Positions 9,835-22,020 of a stretch of 64,000 nt of DNA are shown piece after piece. Source of the DNA: Naegleria gruberi. Taxonomy: Eukaryota. Location of the stretch: assembly GCA_000004985.1 (NCBI GenBank), contig GG738921.1; one strand, given 5' to 3'. The notes beneath the pieces were generated by a model. It saw only the letters and a program-made list of their open reading frames with translations. It was not told the DNA's origin and searched no databases. Within the stretch, counting starts at the first letter, position 1; the number at the start of each line of letters is the position of its first letter. The position numbers were made by a program, and so were the translations under genes.

Positions 9835-12125
9835 TCAATAAAAAAAAAATTCTAATACTGTTTCACCATATTCGTTAAGCATTTCCAATTTAAAATCAGA
9901 ATCATTCTTTAACAAATCATCTGCAAAATATAATGCATACTCATCATATTGAGCTACCTCTTTCATGAATGACTTGTCTATTTTGAATGACACATCAATA
10001 TATTCCAATACTAAAACGTTTTGAATGACTGCTTCAATTACAATTTCCTTATCCATCTGTAATGATGAATCAAGAGAAAATAATACGAATCCATCATTTT
10101 GCAATGCAATCTTTACAATTTCTCTATCTTTTTGGAATTTTGGATCAACGTATTCCAATGCTGCTCCATCAATTTCAACCAATTGTAAAACAAAATCTCT
10201 ATCTTTCTTCCAAGATTCGTCTACATATGTCAATGCATGCACATTATTGCCTACTGCTGCTTTGATAATGTCTGGATCATTTTTGAAATCTTCACTCACA
10301 TATTCCAATGCTGTTCCCTTCTGTTTAACTGTTTCTAAAATGAATTTCTTATCATTCCTTATTAATTCATCGGCTTGTTGAATAGATGGTCGAAACTTCT
10401 TAATAACCTCTAATACAAGCTCCTTATCATTTTTATAATAATTTGGAGCTCTTGGTAAGATGGAAGCAGAATATAACTCCTCAATAAAATCATTCTGTGC
10501 AAACTCATTGATTGACTTCACTAGTGTATCTCTTGAAGTTTCGAATATTTCCTCAATGTTTTCAGTGAAATCGTTCTCACAGAAATCTAGATTGGATAGT
10601 GCTATTTGAAGAGCTTCCTCAACATGACTAAATTGTTTCATGATAAATTCTCTATTCCTTATTTTTTTCAATTCAATTCCTAGTTGTTCAATAACTTTTA
10701 AATTATTTTCAATATCATTCTTCAAAGATTCAACACAAGCCTGAAGCGATAATTTAAATCTTTCAACTGTCAATTGAATAATTTGTTCATCATGTTTAAG
10801 AGATGAATCTATTTCGAAATAGGCATTAGCATTCTGTTGAATAGCTGTTTCGATTATTTCTCTATCCTTCTTAAATGTAGCATTATTAACATAGGCAAGA
10901 GACGTTCCATCCTCTCTGACTGCTTCTAATACTATTTCTCTATCTATTTCATTAATATATTTCAATAAATATCCTTTCCTGTTAACAACTTGCATTATGA
11001 ATTGTCTATCCATTCTCAACAATTCATTATTTTCAAATGGATTGCATTTAAAATAAACATCACTAAATGAAAGGCATGCCAATATAATATCTCTATTATG
11101 AGTAAAATTATCATTAATACCTATTGGATATGATTTAAAAAAATCTGATGATAATCCATTTGTCTTGAATATTCTACTCAATATTTCACTTGCATTTGGC
11201 CTCATTTCATAATCGTCATTCAACATGGAAATTAGGATTTTGAAAAATTCAGTCCAACCTTCAATATCATCATCCAAATTAGCTTCCTTAATTATTTGTG
11301 AAATATTATTATTTTCCATGTGAATGATTAAATATTGATATATATCATCTAAATGATGTTGAATATCTAGGGATTCATTTTTTGGAAATATTACATTTAA
11401 TAATGATCTACCTAAACTCCAAATATCACTCCTGAAAGATATTAAACCTTGATTTAGGCATTCAGGTGCAATAAATCCAAAAGTCCCACATATGAAAGAA
11501 GAGGAAGAAGAACTCTCTGATAAATTTGATGGGTTTGAATCAACATCTTGAACTTTTGTAACAGTGACACCAATTCTATCAGAAGGTATTGGACATGCAT
11601 TCTCTCTAACACTTCCCAAATCTCCAATAATTGTCTCTATATGGAGAATATTATCCTCTTTTTTGGTAATTATTGTTTCTTGGAGGAATAAATTGTCTGG
11701 TTTGATATCACAATGAATTAAATTGTTATCATGAAGAGATTTTAGTCCATGACTGGTTTTAATTAGAATTTGAAGTAAATTTCCCAAATAGAGTTTAGGT
11801 TTCAAATTTCTATAATTAGACAAATTAATACCTCTATATTTGGAAATAATAATAGCTTCATTTCCATTCTTTTCAGTGATTTCATAAGTTAATATATTTG
11901 CATTGTGCATTTGTTTAGCTTTCATATTATGTTCAATTTCTCCATAATTATAAATTTAATTTTAACAACATAATGACCATTTAAATTTACATCGGTTCCA
12001 ATATATTTAGATTTGAATACAATAATACCGTCATTTCTTGCAAGTTTTAATGGTTCTTCAATTTGTAGTGCCAAGTGTTGGATGGTGATCTCCGATTTTG
12101 TGTGAATGGTTGAAATTAAACTCAT
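9835..12125 (-). CDS. Protein kinase fused to DUF4116 repeat arrays. There is a frame break inside the kinase N-lobe.
   Basis: The 5' ORF (12125-11922) ends ...NGHYVVKIKF, a VAIK-like lysine. The 696-aa ORF carries HCDIKPDNLFL, IGDLGS (DFG-like) and GTFGFIAPE. It continues with many repeats of the DUF4116 type (DREIVLEAVREDGTSLAYVNNATFKKD, DPDIIKAAVGNNVHALTYVDESWKKD, DREIVKIALQNDGFVLFSLDSSLQMD ...). The two ORFs overlap in different frames at about 11922-11960. Confidence 0.75.
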
Positions 12126-12272
12126 TTCCTCCTCTTATTTTTTTTTAAAGTAATTTTAATTTTTGTAATTCCAAAACGTGATTTAGTTTACGACTATTCG
12201 AAAGATTACAAAATTTACTTCATGAGATTAAAAACAATATATAAATGAGAATTTGTGAAAATTAAGGTTATT

Positions 12273-13346
12273 TTAATTTAAGGTTGTGTATTGTTTCTTA
12301 CGATAAAACATGTAAAGTAATCCAATAATTGAGACAGAGAAACAAATAATCACGAAAAGACCACCTATGGTTGCTCCAACGATAATTCCAATATCTGAAC
12401 TGTCATCCTTTTTTGGATTAAATGGAGAAGGTGATTGACCATTGACAGTAAAATTTTGAGCATTTGAAACAGAGAATTCAGTACATGCAGAATTTCTGTT
12501 CAATTTTCCAAATAAGATATTCTTCAATTTTTGATCATTGCACAAATTGCACTTGTCATTAGAATTGACACATGACTTGACATTTGAATTAATAAGGGAA
12601 TAGTTTGAGAAAATTTCAAATTCACCAATAACTAGGGACTGAGAACCATTACACAAAGGTCCTTCAATAGTTTCAATCATCATTTCAAAATTTCCCAATT
12701 TAAATCTCGAAAGTGTTTTCGTCTCTGAAAATTTAACATAAAATTTGTGTTGCATGTCTTCAGTGACGAACCAATCCTTCTTTTCTACAAATTCATCACA
12801 GAAAGTAGTAGGATATCTTTCACTTTGTTCAAATTCTAATTCAATAAATGAATTCTTCAAGGTTAATTGAGTGCAATTGTTAGTCAATTGAGTTTGATAA
12901 GCATTTTGAGATGTTCCCGCTGTTCTGAAGAATTTTTGCCACTTTGAGCAAGCCATGGCTCTGTTGGACTCATCTGTGGAGGAAAACTTGCCAAAATATT
13001 CATAACATGGAGTAAGTGATGCACTGCCCAATCTAATACTTTCGTCGAAAATAGTATAGCTAACTGAGAACTCAATCACAAGATCTCTTGTATTTCCTTC
13101 ATAATTAAAATCAACAACTTGTACATGTGCATACTGTTCACTGAAAAACATGTGCATTTGATTGAAATTGCTAGGATTGGTCGAGTATTTAAAACCGTTC
13201 ATGGTTGTTGTGAAATTCTTTCCAATTAAAAAATCTCTTGTGATGCTGGTTGGACATTCATCACACAAGATGACATTCAATAGACAACAACAGGATATGA
13301 CCAATAGGATGGACAACAACAGGAAGTGGAGATTGACAGTTCGCAT
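12273..13346 (-). CDS. Type I membrane glycoprotein, Cys-rich ectodomain, function unknown
   Basis: The first true ATG is at 13346 (MRTVNLHFLLLSILLVISCCCLL, signal-peptide-like); the ORF-track start at 13367 is TTG. There are many N-x-S/T sites and Cys residues. A single TM (IGIIVGATIGGLFVIICFSVSIIGLLYMFY) precedes a short basic tail. Confidence 0.6.
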   Translation of the reverse strand: MRTVNLHFLLLSILLVISCCCLLNVILCDECPTSITRDFLIGKNFTTTMNGFKYSTNPSNFNQMHMFFSEQYAHVQVVDFNYEGNTRDLVIEFSVSYTIFDESIRLGSASLTPCYEYFGKFSSTDESNRAMACSKWQKFFRTAGTSQNAYQTQLTNNCTQLTLKNSFIELEFEQSERYPTTFCDEFVEKKDWFVTEDMQHKFYVKFSETKTLSRFKLGNFEMMIETIEGPLCNGSQSLVIGEFEIFSNYSLINSNVKSCVNSNDKCNLCNDQKLKNILFGKLNRNSACTEFSVSNAQNFTVNGQSPSPFNPKKDDSSDIGIIVGATIGGLFVIICFSVSIIGLLYMFYRKKQYTTLN

Positions 13347-13693
13347 TATTGAATTATTTTTTAACAATTTGAAATAATTTGAGATTCGATTAGAATTAAA
13401 CTATTTAAGATAATTATCTTGGTGGATGTTATATGGAGTTTTGCGCATGTGGAATTATATTGGAATCTATTTGGCATTCAAGAAAAGTGTGTAACGGAGT
13501 TAAATTACAGTGACCATACTTATTGAGTATGAGATACAATGTTCCCATAGCTGAGGATTCGTGTATTAATATATCCATTACTGTTCGTTCTTATTCTCTC
13601 ACTTCTTTTATTAATAAACTACTAGAAATGTACATTTCTATTATTGAACCGATGTGAATGAATAAACAAAGAAATATTTCATAGTGAATGTAT

Positions 13694-13765
13694 TCCCGTG
13701 TAGTCCAATGGCTAGGATACCTGGCTTTCACCCAGGAGGTCCGGGTTCAATTCCCGGCATGGGAG
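13694..13765 (+). tRNA. tRNA-Glu(UUC): tRNA-Glu (anticodon UUC)
   Basis: 72 nt: TCCCGTG TA GTCC AATGGCTA GGAT A CCTGG CTTTCAC CCAGG AGGT CCGGG TTCAATT CCCGG CATGGGA G. The cloverleaf folds with one G-U pair in the acceptor stem, A and B boxes are present, and T4 runs lie downstream. Confidence 0.92.
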
Positions 13766-13840
13766 GATAATTTTACATTTTCAAATGCGGAATAGTTTGG
13801 TTATCATCTCCGGATTTATTTCTGAAACACTGCAAAAAAA

Positions 13841-16716
13841 ATGGCAAACTCCTTTTCTTTCATCTTGTTTGCCATCTTGGTTTTGAATTGGGCCTTGTTA
13901 GCCAATTGTAATTTGACTTTTTCACAACAAACATTCAACACTCTCCTCAACTCAACCCAAACTTCAACTCTATCACTGACAATGTACATGGGAGGTGGAA
14001 CAACCATCAAAAACAGTAACAACAGCACATGTGGAATGTCTGTGGATAATCCATGTACAAACTTTAATCAATTATTATTAACTTTTAATTGGACACTCTT
14101 TAGTCAATTTGAGAATTTCACAAAAGCAACATCGGCAGGTGAAAGAAACGTTCACTTGAAGATACTGATACTTCCAGATGGCAGTATTTTCTGTCCTATC
14201 AATCCAGTTAATTTATCTCCTTCAATGAATTATCATTTAGAATTTACGAAACTAGTCGAATCATCAACAATAACACCCATCTTGACCTGCCTCAACACAC
14301 AAGATGGAAATGGCATTTCCATTCCTNNNNNNNNNNNNNNNNNNNNNNNNNNNNNNNNNNNNNNNNNNNNNNNNNNNNNNNNNNNNNNNNNNNNNNNNNN
14401 NNNNNNNNNNNNNNNNNNNNNNNNNNNNNNNNNNNNNNNNNNNNNNNNNNNNNNNNNNNNNNNNNNNNNNNNNNNNNNNNNNNNNNNNNNNNNNNNNNNN
14501 NNNNNNNNNNNNNNNNNNNNNNNNNNNNNNNNNNNNNNNNNNNNNNNNNNNNNNNNNNNNNNNNNNNNNNNNNNNNNNNNNNNNNNNNNNNNNNNNNNNN
14601 NNNNNNNNNNNNNNNNNNNNNNNNNNNNNNNNNNNNNNNNNNNNNNNNNNNNNNNNNNNNNNNNNNNNNNNNNNNNNNNNNNNNNNNNNNNNNNNNNNNN
14701 NNNNNNNNNNNNNNNNNNNNNNNNNNNNNNNNNNNNNNNNNNNNNNNNNNNNNNNNNNNNNNNNNNNNNNNNNNNNNNNNNNNNNNNNNNNNNNNNNNNN
14801 NNNNNNNNNNNNNNNNNNNNNNNNNNNNNNNNNNNNNNNNNNNNNNNNNNNNNNNNNNNNNNNNNNNNNNNNNNNNNNNNNNNNNNNNNNNNNNNNNNNN
14901 NNNNNNNNNNNNNNNNNNNNNNNNNNNNNNNNNNNNNNNNNNNNNNNNNNNNNNNNNNNNNNNNNNNNNNNNNNNNNNNNNNNNNNNNNNNNNNNNNNNN
15001 NNNNNNNNNNNNNNNNNNNNNNNNNNNNNNNNNNNNNNNNNNNNNNNNNNNNNNNNNNNNNNNNNNNNNNNNNNNNNNNNNNNNNNNNNNNNNNNNNNNN
15101 NNNNNNNNNNNNNNNNNNNNNNNNNNNNNNNNNNNNNNNNNNNNNNNNNNNNNNNNNNNNNNNNNNNNNNNNNNNNNNNNNNNNNNNNNNNNNNNNNNNN
15201 NNNNNNNNNNNNNNNNNNNNNNNNNNNNNNNNNNNNNNNNNNNNNNNNNNNNNNNNNNNNNNNNNNNNNNNNNNNNNNNNNNNNNNNNNNNNNNNNNNNN
15301 NNNNNNNNNNNNNNNNNNNNNNNNNNNNNNNNNNNNNNNNNNNNNNNNNNNNNNNNNNNNNNNNNNNNNNNNNNNNNNNNNNNNNNNNNNNNNNNNNNNN
15401 NNNNNNNNNNNNNNNNNNNNNNNNNNNNNNNNNNNNNNNNNNNNNNNNNNNNNNNNNNNNNNNNNNNNNNNNNNNNNNNNNNNNNNNNNNNNNNNNNNNN
15501 NNNNNNNNNNNNNNNNNNNNTTGGAATAGCATTAGGTTTTGGAATATTCTTTGTGTGGAAAATTGTAAAGAAATTGAGAAAACTGAAAAGTAAGGAGAAG
15601 GCAGAGAAACAAATTGAAGAAAAACTTTTAGACAAGCGACTTATTTTCAATATGAATGACGAGGAGGATGAATATTATGAGGGCTCCACACCAAATATTG
15701 AAAGAAGCAAATCATCTTATGGGAAAGTATCTGAAAAGGAGTTAGTTTCTTCATTGATTGACAGTGAAAAGAAGAAATCAAAACATTCTTTCAGTTTTTC
15801 ATCCTCTTACATTATTCCAATTGAAGACATATCAATTATTAAAAAGATTGGAGAAGGAGGCGCAGCTAATGTATATTATGGTACATGGACCAATATTAAA
15901 GTGGCTATCAAGTCACTCAAGATTGACAGTTTTGATGATGATTTTGAGAATGAAGCAGCCATCCTCAGTTTAATTAGACATCCAAACATTCTGACATTCT
16001 ATGGAGTATGTTTGACTGATAAGAGTCGATATATTGTGACTGAATATATGGAAAATGGCTCTCTAGACAGGTATATATTTTTGAATAAGAACAGAGCATT
16101 GAATATTGACCTATTCAAATCAAATATTGGAATTTTGTGTGGAATTGTGGATGGTATGCAATATTTACACTCTCTTAAACCTTCAATTATTCACAGAGAT
16201 TTGAAATCGAGTAATATATTGTTGGACGAAAGAAATACTCCAAAAGTTTCTGATTTTGGTCTTGTTAAAGTATTGGGAAACAATACAATCAGTCAAATTA
16301 CAAAAGGAATTGGTACAGTGTATTATTTAGCTCCAGAAACATTCATTGCTGAACATCAAATTGAAAATAAGGAAGAGGCAACCAAGTTGGACATTTACAG
16401 TTTTGCAATAATCATGTGGGAATTATTCTTTCGAATGAGTCCTTATCATCATGTGAAAAATCCATTCAAAGTGCCTCAAATGGTTGTCAATGGAGAAAGA
16501 CCTCAAATTCCCTTCAATATTGAAAATGATACGGAAATCAAAGAATGGCTTTCAATTCAAGCATTGGAAATTTCATCGTCTGACAATTCTTTCATTAATG
16601 GTATTAAGAAATACTTCTCACTCATTCTCCAATGTTGGAATCAAAATCCATTACAAAGACCTACATTCCTGACAATTAGAAGAGAATTGGATGAGATTTA
16701 CAATCTAATCGGTTGA
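13841..16716 (+). CDS. Receptor-like TKL-family Ser/Thr kinase (signal peptide, ectodomain, TM, kinase), interrupted by an assembly gap
   Basis: ATG at 13841 follows an A-run. The start MANSFSFILFAILVLNWALLANC is signal-peptide-like, and the ectodomain is rich in N-glycosylation sites up to the gap. After the gap the frame from 15523 reads GIALGFGIFFVW (TM) then KIVKKLRKLK, followed by a kinase domain with IGEGGAANVYYG, VAIKSLK, HRDLKSSNILLD, SDFGL and YYLAPE, to the stop at 16716. Confidence 0.8.
14327..15520. other. Assembly gap (1194 N)
   Basis: A run of N in the sequence. It lies inside the receptor-kinase gene. Confidence 1.
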
Positions 16717-16876
16717 ATGCAATCTATCCTCAATCCTTTTTTATTTCATAGATTGTCCGAGTTCAAATTACAAAACTTTACAAAATCAAATGAAGTGTCG
16801 ATATGATTCATGCACAGATGAACTTGGAATTTGGGTAATTTTCAAAATAGCACAAAAAAAAACAAAAATAAAAAAA

Positions 16877-18104
16877 ATGTTCTCACTTCTCAAGAAGATA
16901 ACTGGTTCTGGTCAACAGCAACAACCAATCATTTCTAGAAAGATCAATAGTGAAGCAAGACTTTCGGAGAATGATATGAAGGATTTGGAAAAGTTAACCA
17001 ATGAATTAAATTCTAAAATTTCATCACCCAATTTGAGAGCCTTGTTGGCTATTTATTCAAAGAATATTGATGAGATCAATGGCTCGGAAGTTGTGTTGGA
17101 TCAATCGATTGCGGATTTGGAAAATAGATTCTTATCGGTTCATAAAGAACAAAAGTCTTTGATTTTTGCTCATCCTGAATTGTCCAACTCGAATGAAGAT
17201 GAAGAAATGGTCGACGGAGAAGATATGTATGAATATATTAAAAAGAAGAGTATGATCAAGAATGAATTAAAGAAATTGAATAGTGAATTTTCCAAATCCA
17301 AGATAACCTATTGTCACTATTTCTGTAAAGAAGAAACTGATTTTATTCAAAAGAATGGAAACAAAAAGGATGAATGCAAATCTTATATTTTACGACCAAG
17401 TGTTGCTTTTGATCCGTTTATTGTAACCGGTGAAGATTTTCATTTCAGATTGGCATCTTCGTTTCTTAATCATGCAAATGCTGGATTTACTTTGAATGAA
17501 GTGACATACGTTTGTAATCCATACAACTTGAAGAAATTCAATGAAAAGAAGAGAGAATTGGCTAAACGTCACAATTTTATGCTCGATTCAATGAAGCCAC
17601 TCATTCTATTCCATGGTAACAGATTGGAATCAAACTATGATAGTATTATGAAAACTAATTTTTCAATTTCAAAGGTTGGTTCAAACACTGGTAATTTAGG
17701 ATATTACGGAAAGGTAAGTTTACAATATATTGACAATAATTTAACACTCTAAAGGGAGTTTATTTCAGTTCCATTCCTTCGTATAGTGCTGCATATGCAG
17801 GTACTAATATACTTCTTGTTTGTTTGGTGTTTACAGGAAAGGCATATCCCCTCCAGCAAATTACAATGGGTTGTCCAAGACAGGAAGGTGAGTTTTCAAA
17901 TAATTTGAACAATAATTATTTAACAATTCCTTATTTGAAATAGGTTACGATTCACACACATCCCCTGATGGCTATTCAGAAGTTGTGATTTTTGATGAAG
18001 ATCAAATATTACCAGTATGTTATTATTATTTAGAACTCTATCTATATCTAATCGTTTCAATTTCATTACTTTGATAGATTTACAAAATCAAATATTCTGT
18101 TTAA
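16877..18104 (+). CDS. PARP-type ADP-ribosyltransferase with an H-Y-E catalytic triad (355 aa, 4 exons)
   Basis: ATG at 16877 directly follows an A-run; the ORF-track start at 16790 is upstream in frame but less likely. Exons are 16877-17713 / 17755-17887 / 17944-18014 / 18078-18104, with introns of 41, 56 and 63 nt, all in phase. Catalytic motifs: PLILFHGN (H), GVYFSSIPSYSAAY (Y), YSEVVIFDEDQILPIYKIKY (E). Confidence 0.8.
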
Positions 18105-18293
18105 GTTGTAAAATATATAAGAAATGTAAATAAGAAGGAACAGAAAATAAACTAAACGCAACAAAGAAATTAATTTCGGAAGGAATAGGTTCAAATTATC
18201 ATGTTTCGCAAATTACATTGGAAGATTTGCCCCTTTATTAAACGATTGATTTTTTTAATACGTTTAGTTGTTGGATTCGTATTTGGTTGTAAA

Positions 18294-21200
18294 TCATTCC
18301 TCTTCTGCTTCTTCTCTATTGTATCCAAATGGATGACAAGTTTTTCTACTCATTAAGGCAAGACAACAATTTACAACATATTCAAAGTAAGGCTTTCCAT
18401 CTACATGGATTAGTTTGGGTTGATAGTAGGCTCTTTGTACTGCATTCCTTCCTGAACTTGCAAGTGAATGAAATGTATTTTTGAAAACAAAGAATGATTC
18501 TGTGTGGAAATCAGAATTTGCAAATATTGCTTTAACTTTGATTGATTCCAATTCGTTTTCTTTGTCATTGTAATCAAATGAACATAGATATAGGTATAAT
18601 GATGAGTTTTCTCTAAAATCCTTAACCTCTGTTAATTATCGCGTAGAGAAATACAGTGTTTGTAACTAATTTCATAAAACTACTTACTATTGGCAACACC
18701 CAAGTGATTGAAACAAGCTGAAAACTTGGCTCCAAATGCTGTGAACTTATCTGAATAACAACATCTATCAATATTATCAGGACTAACACGAAATGTCAAA
18801 GTATGGATGGATAATGGAAACTCTGTTGCCCATCTATGAACAATAGGAGGATAATTAGTTGAGGATGATTCCTTTCTTCCAACATGGAACATTTCAATAT
18901 TATTGAAAGGTTTGAATGGTTCTTCCTCAACTTTCTTCATCCCAACCACAAATTTAAACTTGAGAAAATCATCGTCATCTGTTGAGTAAGCGGCAATATG
19001 GGTCTTATCAAGAAATATTCCATAAGATGCTTTAGGCATAATGAATTTTCTACTGTGAACAAGATAGGATTGAGGTTCTAGATCAAAATTACAAATAAAA
19101 AAGTCGAGTCTTATTCTATCAAATACCTGTTGCTTATTCTCTACTGGAATTGTGGAATTTAGTGTTAAAAATACTGTAGAATTGCCCAAACATTCATCTT
19201 CATCATCTGTTTCCGATTAGACAATTAGAAAATTAATAAAACGTAACATACCTGGCAGAAGCTCCACAACCCACTCGTGTCCAAACTGTATGAAAGGTTC
19301 AGAATAATAGCTAGTATTAAAAGGGCCAGTTTTTGGTACCTTAACATCTGCAATATGAATGGTATAATCTTTTTTCTGTGGTGGAATATTTTCCTGCACA
19401 AATTGGAAAAGGTCTTCTCCTATAGGTTTCAATATTGGCTTAATTTTTGTTTCTGTGAACTCTGTATCTATTTTTGCTTTCTTTTCTGCAATAAGTTCTA
19501 AGGTTTTCTTAGAAGATTTGAAAAATTCATTGGACATAACTAGGTTGATAAAGTCCAAAATGCTATCATTTTGTGGGAAATGATCCACTACTGCAATAAC
19601 AGTATTAATAATAACATGTCCAGAAAAATTACAAATTTCTTGTTTCCCATCAATAAACTGATGTAAAACTCTACTGATCATCTTTTGTGTGCAATTTTGA
19701 ATATTATCATATATCAAACATTGTATGATACACTCAAAACAATTGAAAAAACTGGTGAACCTCCCTAAATCCATTAAAATATTAGCAACAACACAAAATT
19801 CAGTTTGAGATAATATTTTAGGTATTAACTTTTCCAGATCGTGAATATTATTTTCCTCAAATATAATTTTTCCTTCTTTCCATAGTACATCCAAAAGATC
19901 AAATATTCCATAAAAGTCCACACTAGTTTCATCTTGAAAAGCAGTCAGAAAAAGTTTACAAATTTCGGCTTTCGAAATGTCTAAAAAAACATAGCTGGAT
20001 AGTTGTTCAATAGCTAAACATGCATCTTTCATTTCTCTTAAATATATTCTTTCTCTTACATAGGAAAGACATTGATCAATATCATTATAATCAATTGTTG
20101 GGTAAATCCGTTTTGTGCTTAGTGGTTCTTCTTTCATTATAACGGTAACCCTGTTAACTTCTTGTTCAAAAAGAGAATAATCTGCGCTCAATACTCTAGA
20201 GTCAAAGCATTCCAACAGTAAAACTCTACAATTGGTGAATTGTCTGAAATATTGTGTCGATTCTTGTGTAAGGCCGTCATTGTACTCTATTTTTAGGATA
20301 TCCAACTCATCAGATAGGGGAATAATATCCTTAATAAATTCATCTTGAATCTTACACCTTGAAAACACTAATTCTTTTAAAATTTTTGTAGAGAGTAGCC
20401 AGTCTTTGAATCCAATTTCTGCTCCAGTAATCTCTCCGACAAAAGAAAGATTAGTAATGTTACTTGGAAAAGTGCACTCTTGTAAGTTAGTAACTTGCTC
20501 ACCAAAGCATACTTTCAATGTTGTCAAATTCTTGAATTCTCCAAGATATTTTAGATATTCAACATTCTCGTTGGTTACCCTTACATTAAGAACCTTTAGA
20601 GAACTCCTAGGTAAATGAGGAATAACTGAAGCTTCAATGGCCTCACCTAAAACTTCTTCCAGTTTGCAATTTACTATTGCTTGGATATTTTGATGAATAA
20701 TTTTATCTTCGAACTGTTCACCTTGCAGATCCAATATTTTTAAATCTTCACAGTCATGGAGAAATGAATGGTTCCTCCTCAATATCAATATAAGTATCAG
20801 TATGGTACAGCAGTTTTTCCAAATGTTGTCCTATTAAAGCCTTAACAACATTAAAACAAATTATTTCGTTAGTACCTCCATAAATTTTAAGAATTCTGAG
20901 TTGTAAACAACTTTTCAATTGTTCCAAAATATCTTCTTTTACAATTGTAAATTGAAAATTTCTAGGAAAGTCTAATGTTAATTTAGACAACTTAGAGAGA
21001 TTACAGAGACAACCTAGCAATGTATCTAACTCATATGAGGGATCATATTCATTAGTGAAAACAACATTCAATCTTTCTAATGTTCTTGAAAGGATGCTCA
21101 AATTCTTTTGGAGATTCAATATTGTTTCATCAGAAGTTGATTTCCATACCACCTTGAGCTTTTTCAAATGGGAGAATGAATTAGATGAAAATACTGAAAA

Positions 21201-22020
21201 GTATGAACCAGTTATATTTGATAGTGTGTCTCGAGCAAAGAGGGAAAATTTTTCAATCTTTTGTGAAACATTGGAAAGTACTAATGACATAATAGAATCA
21301 TCAAAATAACTAGGGTTGATAACCAAAACTGTTAAATTTGGACATTGTTGTGTGATATCCTCAATATTCTTGCGTGTTAGTGGATAGCTAGAACGAAACT
21401 CTGTCAAAGATTGAGGAAACCCAATCACGGTTTGATCCATTTCTTCTTCATGGAGGTTTAGTTCAGATAAAAGGCTTATCAACTCGAGAGTTTTTAAATT
21501 TTTAAACTCTTTCAACAAGTGAAAATATTCAGTTTTAAGATTAGTAAGTGTCAATACTGTCAAAGATTCCAACAATGGACTTGCATTCATTATCCACTCA
21601 ACAATGAAACTTCCAGAAATACAAGTTGCAGCTCTCAACCTCAACTCTTCCATTGACAATCGTCCAAGCTCACACAAACCCACATCTAAAAAAGCATATA
21701 TTAATCGACCATTCATAAATAATAATAATAAATTGATAACAATTACCTGTTAATGACGAGAACTCCAAAGAATTGAATGTAAACAAATCAATAACCTTCA
21801 ATCGTTTCATCTTGATCAGTAAATTATCCACAACTCCTCCGATCCTATGATTACTCAATCCGATGTGAATAAAGTATTGGGTCTTGTTATTCAGGAAATA
21901 ATACCAGATCCACTCGGCAAAAGTCTTTGAAATAAATCTCATCTGCAACAAGTGGTATTCATTGAAAAAACATAGCAAGTGTTCGGCACACAAATCACAA
22001 GGTAAATTCTGAATTTTCAT
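18294..22020 (-). CDS. Large F-box-like / LRR / MATH(TRAF-like) domain protein (4 exons) with one frame break
   Basis: ATG at 22020 follows an A-run. The N-terminus LPCDLCAEHLLCFFNEYHLLQMRFISKTFAEWI is F-box-like, followed by long LRR-like segments (LKTLELISL, CEDLKILDL ...). Exons are 22020-21747 / 21685-19252 / 19206-18688 / 18628-18294, with introns of 61, 45 and 59 nt in phase. The MATH-like core is YYSEPFIQFGHEWVVELLP|DDEDECLGNSTVFLTLNST. ORFs 20754-21716 and 19217-20788 overlap by 35 nt in different frames. Confidence 0.7.

Noticed and set aside
13380-13693. Search for tRNA-targeted retroelements (TRE/DGLT-type) or other transposons flanking the three tRNA loci (also 54810-55330 and 59990-60400)
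   Set aside because: There are no reverse-transcriptase, integrase or transposase-like ORFs, LTRs or terminal inverted repeats. The flanks are short ordinary spacers.
13841-15650. Four long ORFs (562, 422, 452 and 429 aa) reported across 13841-15650 on both strands
   Set aside because: They are open only because the 1194-nt N run translates to X. Only the flanking real sequence is meaningful: the ectodomain 5' of the gap, and the TM plus kinase 3' of it.
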